In this document: piece after piece, positions 60,455 through 64,000 of the stretch
Layout of the letters: each line of letters begins with the position of its first letter
Numbering within the stretch: position 1 is the first letter of the stretch
IMG/VR virus record: IMGVR_UViG_3300046786_000502
Span: 52,894 to 116,893 of that record
Length of the DNA: 64,000 nucleotides
Direction: 5' to 3' (one strand)
From: a virus
The notes under the pieces: model-generated
The model's input: only the letters and a program-made list of their open reading frames with translations
Database searches by the model: none
Told to the model about the DNA's origin: nothing
Made by a program: the position numbers and the translations under genes

Positions 60455-60904
60455 ATGGCACAAAATATTGATGGTACAGCAAACGGTACTGGTATCTTTA
60501 ACACTAAGATTCCTTCATACAGCGAGTCTGCTGATATTCAGGCTGCCCTAAGACTATTTCTTTATGGGTCTACAACTTTTGACCCAGCAGCTGAGGGTGC
60601 ACGTAACAATATCCCAAACCCATCTATTGCTAAATACTTGCAAGTAATGCAAGATGAAATTTCGACACTTCAAGATCTTGGAATTGGTGTTACATATGGT
60701 GATGAGCCTGCTACACCAATTGCTGGAGAGATTTGGATGCCAGATACCCCACAGGTCACTGCTGTACTTCCACAGGCAGTGATTTATCAAGCTTCGGCTC
60801 CTACAACAAATATTTCAAGCGGTATGCTATGGGTAGACTCAGACTCTTCTCCAGTTACGCTATATGTTTATAGTGGGACAGAGTGGAGAGAGGTTGGAGC
60901 ATAA
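60455..60904 (+). CDS. Virion structural protein
   Basis: ADIQAALRLF, AP...GMLWVDS, YSGTEW. Confidence 0.6.
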   Translation: MAQNIDGTANGTGIFNTKIPSYSESADIQAALRLFLYGSTTFDPAAEGARNNIPNPSIAKYLQVMQDEISTLQDLGIGVTYGDEPATPIAGEIWMPDTPQVTAVLPQAVIYQASAPTTNISSGMLWVDSDSSPVTLYVYSGTEWREVGA

Positions 60905-61560
60905 TGACACATAGCATATCTACAGAACCAAAGGTTGCTTATCTATTTGATGGCACATCATGGAGACCAATTGCTGGTATTGCCAACACAAGCTCTGATT
61001 ATCAGTGGACTGGTGATCATGACTTTGCAGGAACAGCTAACTTTAATGATCCAGTAACTTTTGAAGATGTTGTAAAAAATAAAGCAGGTATTAATAACTT
61101 TGCAACCACTATTGCACGTGATGCTGCACTTACATCTCCAGTAACTGGTCTAGTTGCCTTTGTTGCACAAGATGCATCTGGCAACACAATCAACGATATT
61201 CAATTTTATGACGGAACAAGATGGCGTTCATCAAATGACTCTGCAATCCTAGTTGCAGTTTCTACTACAGCAAATGCATATACGCTTGTAGCATCTGATG
61301 CAGGAAATAGCCTAAAGATTTCTGACTCATCAAGCACTACAGTCTATATTCCAGAAAATGCCTCTAACTCTTTCAAGATTGGCCAAAAGGTTGAAATAAT
61401 TAGATATGGTACTGGTGCCGTTTCTATTGCTCCAAACACTGTTAACGTTACTCTGAATAGTAAGAATAATAATAGAAAAATTGCAGCACAGTATTCTGGT
61501 GCAGTTCTTACTAAGATTGCGGATAACGAGTGGTTGCTTATTGGTGATTTGACGGCATAG
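60904..61560 (+). CDS. Tail fibre-like protein
   Basis: YTLVASDAG...F.IGQ.V..I..GTG...QYS.A.L.K...NEW.LIGDL. Confidence 0.7.
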   Translation: MTHSISTEPKVAYLFDGTSWRPIAGIANTSSDYQWTGDHDFAGTANFNDPVTFEDVVKNKAGINNFATTIARDAALTSPVTGLVAFVAQDASGNTINDIQFYDGTRWRSSNDSAILVAVSTTANAYTLVASDAGNSLKISDSSSTTVYIPENASNSFKIGQKVEIIRYGTGAVSIAPNTVNVTLNSKNNNRKIAAQYSGAVLTKIADNEWLLIGDLTA

Positions 61561-61568
61561 GGTTATAG

Positions 61569-62114
61569 ATGCTAGGTTCATTCGGGTTATGGGCATCTTC
61601 AAAGGGGATGAAATCGGTAGGAAACTACCTTACCCTAACCAAGGAAAATGCTGAACAACAAATTGTTTCTGATGGTTTGGTTGTTGGAACAGAAACAACA
61701 CAAACATTGACAGACCCTGCAGACCAGGCAAAAAACAATACAGTTATCGAACAAAATCCAGCTGCACAGACTCTAGCAGAGTATGAATCACCAGTCAACT
61801 TGACTATTGGACTTTTCTCTTTTACAGCATTTAACGTCTTTGGGTTCTTTAACGTATTCAACTTCTTTAACGTATTTGGCTTTTTTAACGTATTTGGTTT
61901 CTTTAACGTTTTTGACTTCTTTAACGTATTTAATTTCTTCAGCGTATTTGATTTTTTCAGTGTGTTTAGCTTCTTTGGTGTGTTTAACTTCTTTAACGTA
62001 TTTAACTTTGCACCTGCTTTTGGATTCTTTACTGTATTTAACTTTACCCCAACATTTGGCTTCTTTACAGTATTTAAATTTACTCCAGCCTTTACCGTGT
62101 TCAGTTTTAGATAA
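61569..62114 (+). CDS. PASTA-domain protein with Phe-rich hexapeptide-repeat tail
   Basis: PASTA-like (LT.ENAEQ.I...GL.VG...VIEQNPAA..L...SPVNLTI); then FNVF[G/N/D]F repeats. Confidence 0.7.
   Translation: MLGSFGLWASSKGMKSVGNYLTLTKENAEQQIVSDGLVVGTETTQTLTDPADQAKNNTVIEQNPAAQTLAEYESPVNLTIGLFSFTAFNVFGFFNVFNFFNVFGFFNVFGFFNVFDFFNVFNFFSVFDFFSVFSFFGVFNFFNVFNFAPAFGFFTVFNFTPTFGFFTVFKFTPAFTVFSFR
61829..62109 (+). repeat. Degenerate 18-bp coding tandem repeat
   Basis: (TTYTTTAACGTATTTRRC)n encoding FFNVFx. Confidence 0.85.
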
Positions 62115-62134
62115 ATACTGATATAATTTATAAT

Positions 62135-62650
62135 ATGGCAAGCGGTCAATCATCTAAATATCAGCTCCCATTTCCACAGCCAGTTGATGCTGTAAATGTT
62201 CATGGGGATATAAAAAGCCTAGTAGAGAGGCTAGAGACCGTCTTGCCCCAAGCTTCCTATGTTGACATACCAGTAAAGAATACTTCTGGTCAGTCACTAG
62301 ATGCAGGAACACCTCTATACATAACTGGTCATGATGGAACTAATGTCACAGTTTCATATGCCAATGGATCTACTACCAGCCCAGTAATTGGTTTGGCAAA
62401 GGCTACAATGGCAAATAATTCTGTTGGAATAGCTGTTGTTGCTGGAGTAGTCTCATCAGTTAATACAGCTTCATTCGATAATGGTAGTCCATTGTTTGTT
62501 GCATCATCTGGAGGACTTACAGATGAATGGAATGAGGATGCAGGCTCAGCAGTAGCAATGGTAATTTACAAACACGCAACCAATGGCATAATTGTTGTTG
62601 GTGCAAAGGGTGATGGCACCTGGGGATCAGTTAAGCTTGGTCTCTCATAA
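62135..62650 (+). CDS. Virion protein
   Basis: LPFP...DAVNVHGDI..L; KNTSG..L..GTP.YI..IGLA..G.L. Confidence 0.6.
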   Translation: MASGQSSKYQLPFPQPVDAVNVHGDIKSLVERLETVLPQASYVDIPVKNTSGQSLDAGTPLYITGHDGTNVTVSYANGSTTSPVIGLAKATMANNSVGIAVVAGVVSSVNTASFDNGSPLFVASSGGLTDEWNEDAGSAVAMVIYKHATNGIIVVGAKGDGTWGSVKLGLS

Positions 62651-62669
62651 TTAATGATATAATAAAACT

Positions 62670-63071
62670 ATGACAGTTCTACGTACAACCACCACTACCT
62701 CTACTCAAGCAGTAAATACTGCAGGTGAGATTGAGGTTGGAGCTACCCCACCAATTGTTAGGTGGACGGTAGTTAAGGGAGACTATGCTGCATTTAGATG
62801 CTATGTAGAAGATGATTCTGGAAACCCAATTGTTCCAAATGATTATGAAATCAAAGCAGATTTTAGACGTGGAACAGAAAGAATTTTTTCAGTTACACCA
62901 AGCCAGTCAGAGTTTGATAACGCTGGCGAGTTTACAGTTTCTATAACTCCAGCTCAGTGCAAACTTTTGCAATCAAACGATGTTTTCGATGTTCAGCTCT
63001 CTGATGCTGTTGTGGTTTGGACGGTATGCCGTGGAATCATGACTGTAATATCAGAGGTAACTGACCGCTAA
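62670..63071 (+). CDS. Virion protein, BppU N-terminal-like (paralog of 58194-58583)
   Basis: GATPP..RWTVVKGD, FDVQL, WTV.RG.M.VI.EVT. Confidence 0.65.
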   Translation: MTVLRTTTTTSTQAVNTAGEIEVGATPPIVRWTVVKGDYAAFRCYVEDDSGNPIVPNDYEIKADFRRGTERIFSVTPSQSEFDNAGEFTVSITPAQCKLLQSNDVFDVQLSDAVVVWTVCRGIMTVISEVTDR

Positions 63072-63337
63072 TGGCTTTTACATTAATCAAGAATGATCTA
63101 AAGACTCCCAATCTTTGGGGTATGTCAACATTAAATCCAATAGCTGAAGTACAAACACTATTCCCTCAAAAAAACTTTTTTAATGCTAATGCTGTTAACT
63201 TTATATCACGCATTGATATAGTAGAACAGCTTCCATTTAAGGTTAGAATAACTGCTATTGGAAATCAGGGATATGACAGGTCAAACCCTGCTTCTGTTGG
63301 TGTGGCTGTCATTGGCTACAGCAACTATATTCTTTAA
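63071..63337 (+). CDS. Hypothetical virion-module protein
   Basis: TAATG overlap; LPFKVRIT..IG..NYIL. Confidence 0.6.
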   Translation: MAFTLIKNDLKTPNLWGMSTLNPIAEVQTLFPQKNFFNANAVNFISRIDIVEQLPFKVRITAIGNQGYDRSNPASVGVAVIGYSNYIL

Positions 63338-63366
63338 AATGTGTAAATATCCTGTATAATATAAAC

Positions 63367-63813
63367 ATGGCTAGAACTACAATCCCTAATGTTAAGACAC
63401 TTTTTGAGACTGGAGATCGTCCTACTCAAAGTGACTACAACTCTCTTATTGACACTACCTCTGCTCAGGCAACTGATCTGGGTACATTTGGTAATAATGA
63501 AAACACGATTACAGGAATTGAAAGTTCAACCATTGTAGATAGCTTTGATGCTACACAATGGAGAATGATTAAGTACATTGTCTCAATTTCAAAAATTTCT
63601 GAAGGAGACAACAAGTTCTATGCAACAGAGTTGACCGTTCTTTGTGACGCAGATAACATTAGCGTAACAGAATACGGAACAATTGACAATGATGGGAATA
63701 TGGGCACCGTTAGCGTCTCTCGCACTGGAGATACAGTCAGTTTGATTGTTACCCCAGATGCAATAATTCGACCTGTCACCGTACGTTTTGCACGTATGGG
63801 ACTTAAGGCGTAA
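63367..63813 (+). CDS. Virion structural protein
   Basis: FETGDRPTQ.DY..LID; VDSF..KYIV..TEYG. Confidence 0.65.
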   Translation: MARTTIPNVKTLFETGDRPTQSDYNSLIDTTSAQATDLGTFGNNENTITGIESSTIVDSFDATQWRMIKYIVSISKISEGDNKFYATELTVLCDADNISVTEYGTIDNDGNMGTVSVSRTGDTVSLIVTPDAIIRPVTVRFARMGLKA

Positions 63814-63831
63814 TAACGAGGAGATAACAAC

Positions 63832-64000
63832 ATGGCAACAGTCACTAAAGACTTTAAGGTTAAGAGTGGTCTTGTTGTTGAAGGTGCTACAGCTACCGTC
63901 AATAACTATGACGTTCTAACTAAGAAGCAAGAAGACCAAGACTACATCGTTGATCTCATTGGTGGTACAGCAACCCCTGAGAACACACCAAATACTGTCG
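63832..64000 (+). CDS. 3'-truncated tail-fibre-like protein
   Basis: GAGGAG RBS; MATVTKDFKVKSGLVVEG; open to the window end. Confidence 0.65.
   Translation, partial: MATVTKDFKVKSGLVVEGATATVNNYDVLTKKQEDQDYIVDLIGGTATPENTPNTV

Noticed and set aside
61625-62153. Lys-rich minus-strand ORFs (LNTLKK and KYVKE repeats)
   Set aside because: Antisense shadows of the Phe-rich repeat; the + frame has a PASTA-like domain and matches the orientation of its neighbours.

Overview
This is a 64-kb segment of a large, AT-rich tailed phage. Its host is very probably an actinobacterium, judged from WhiB, GP88-like, MSMEG_6728-like and DUF932 genes and an actinobacterial-type class Ib RNR; the gene set resembles freshwater actinophages. 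Layout: 1-43.3 kb is mostly + strand and carries nrdIEF, a tRNA cluster with two interleaved structured RNAs, cell-wall hydrolases, WhiB, Hsp20/Dps/GroES, ThyX and a large set of paralogous modification enzymes (5 GT60/Gnt1-like glycosyltransferases, 4 2OG-Fe(II) oxygenases, 3 SGNH-like domains, carbamoyl-, sulfo- and methyltransferases). 43.3-44.2 kb is largely non-coding, with DnaA boxes and iterons. 44.2-55.9 kb is a minus-strand array of small early-type genes. 57.6-64 kb begins the virion module. The most striking unexplained signals are non-coding: (i) 12 promoters with the invariant TGTCRG-N10-TAnnnT geometry of actinobacterial PafBC/RecA-NDp DNA-damage promoters; (ii) six copies of a covarying H-type RNA pseudoknot placed just after stop codons; (iii) a repeated intergenic grammar of DnaA, MtrA/GlnR-like, WhiA-like and CRP sites plus an unknown GGCnnGCC-N12-TTTGTCAAG element; (iv) several candidate sRNAs with anti-RBS loops. 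Notable proteins include a PASTA protein with a ~50% Phe hexapeptide-repeat tail and a possible hydroxylation plus O-glycosylation pathway. All calls are by eye and no database searches were run.
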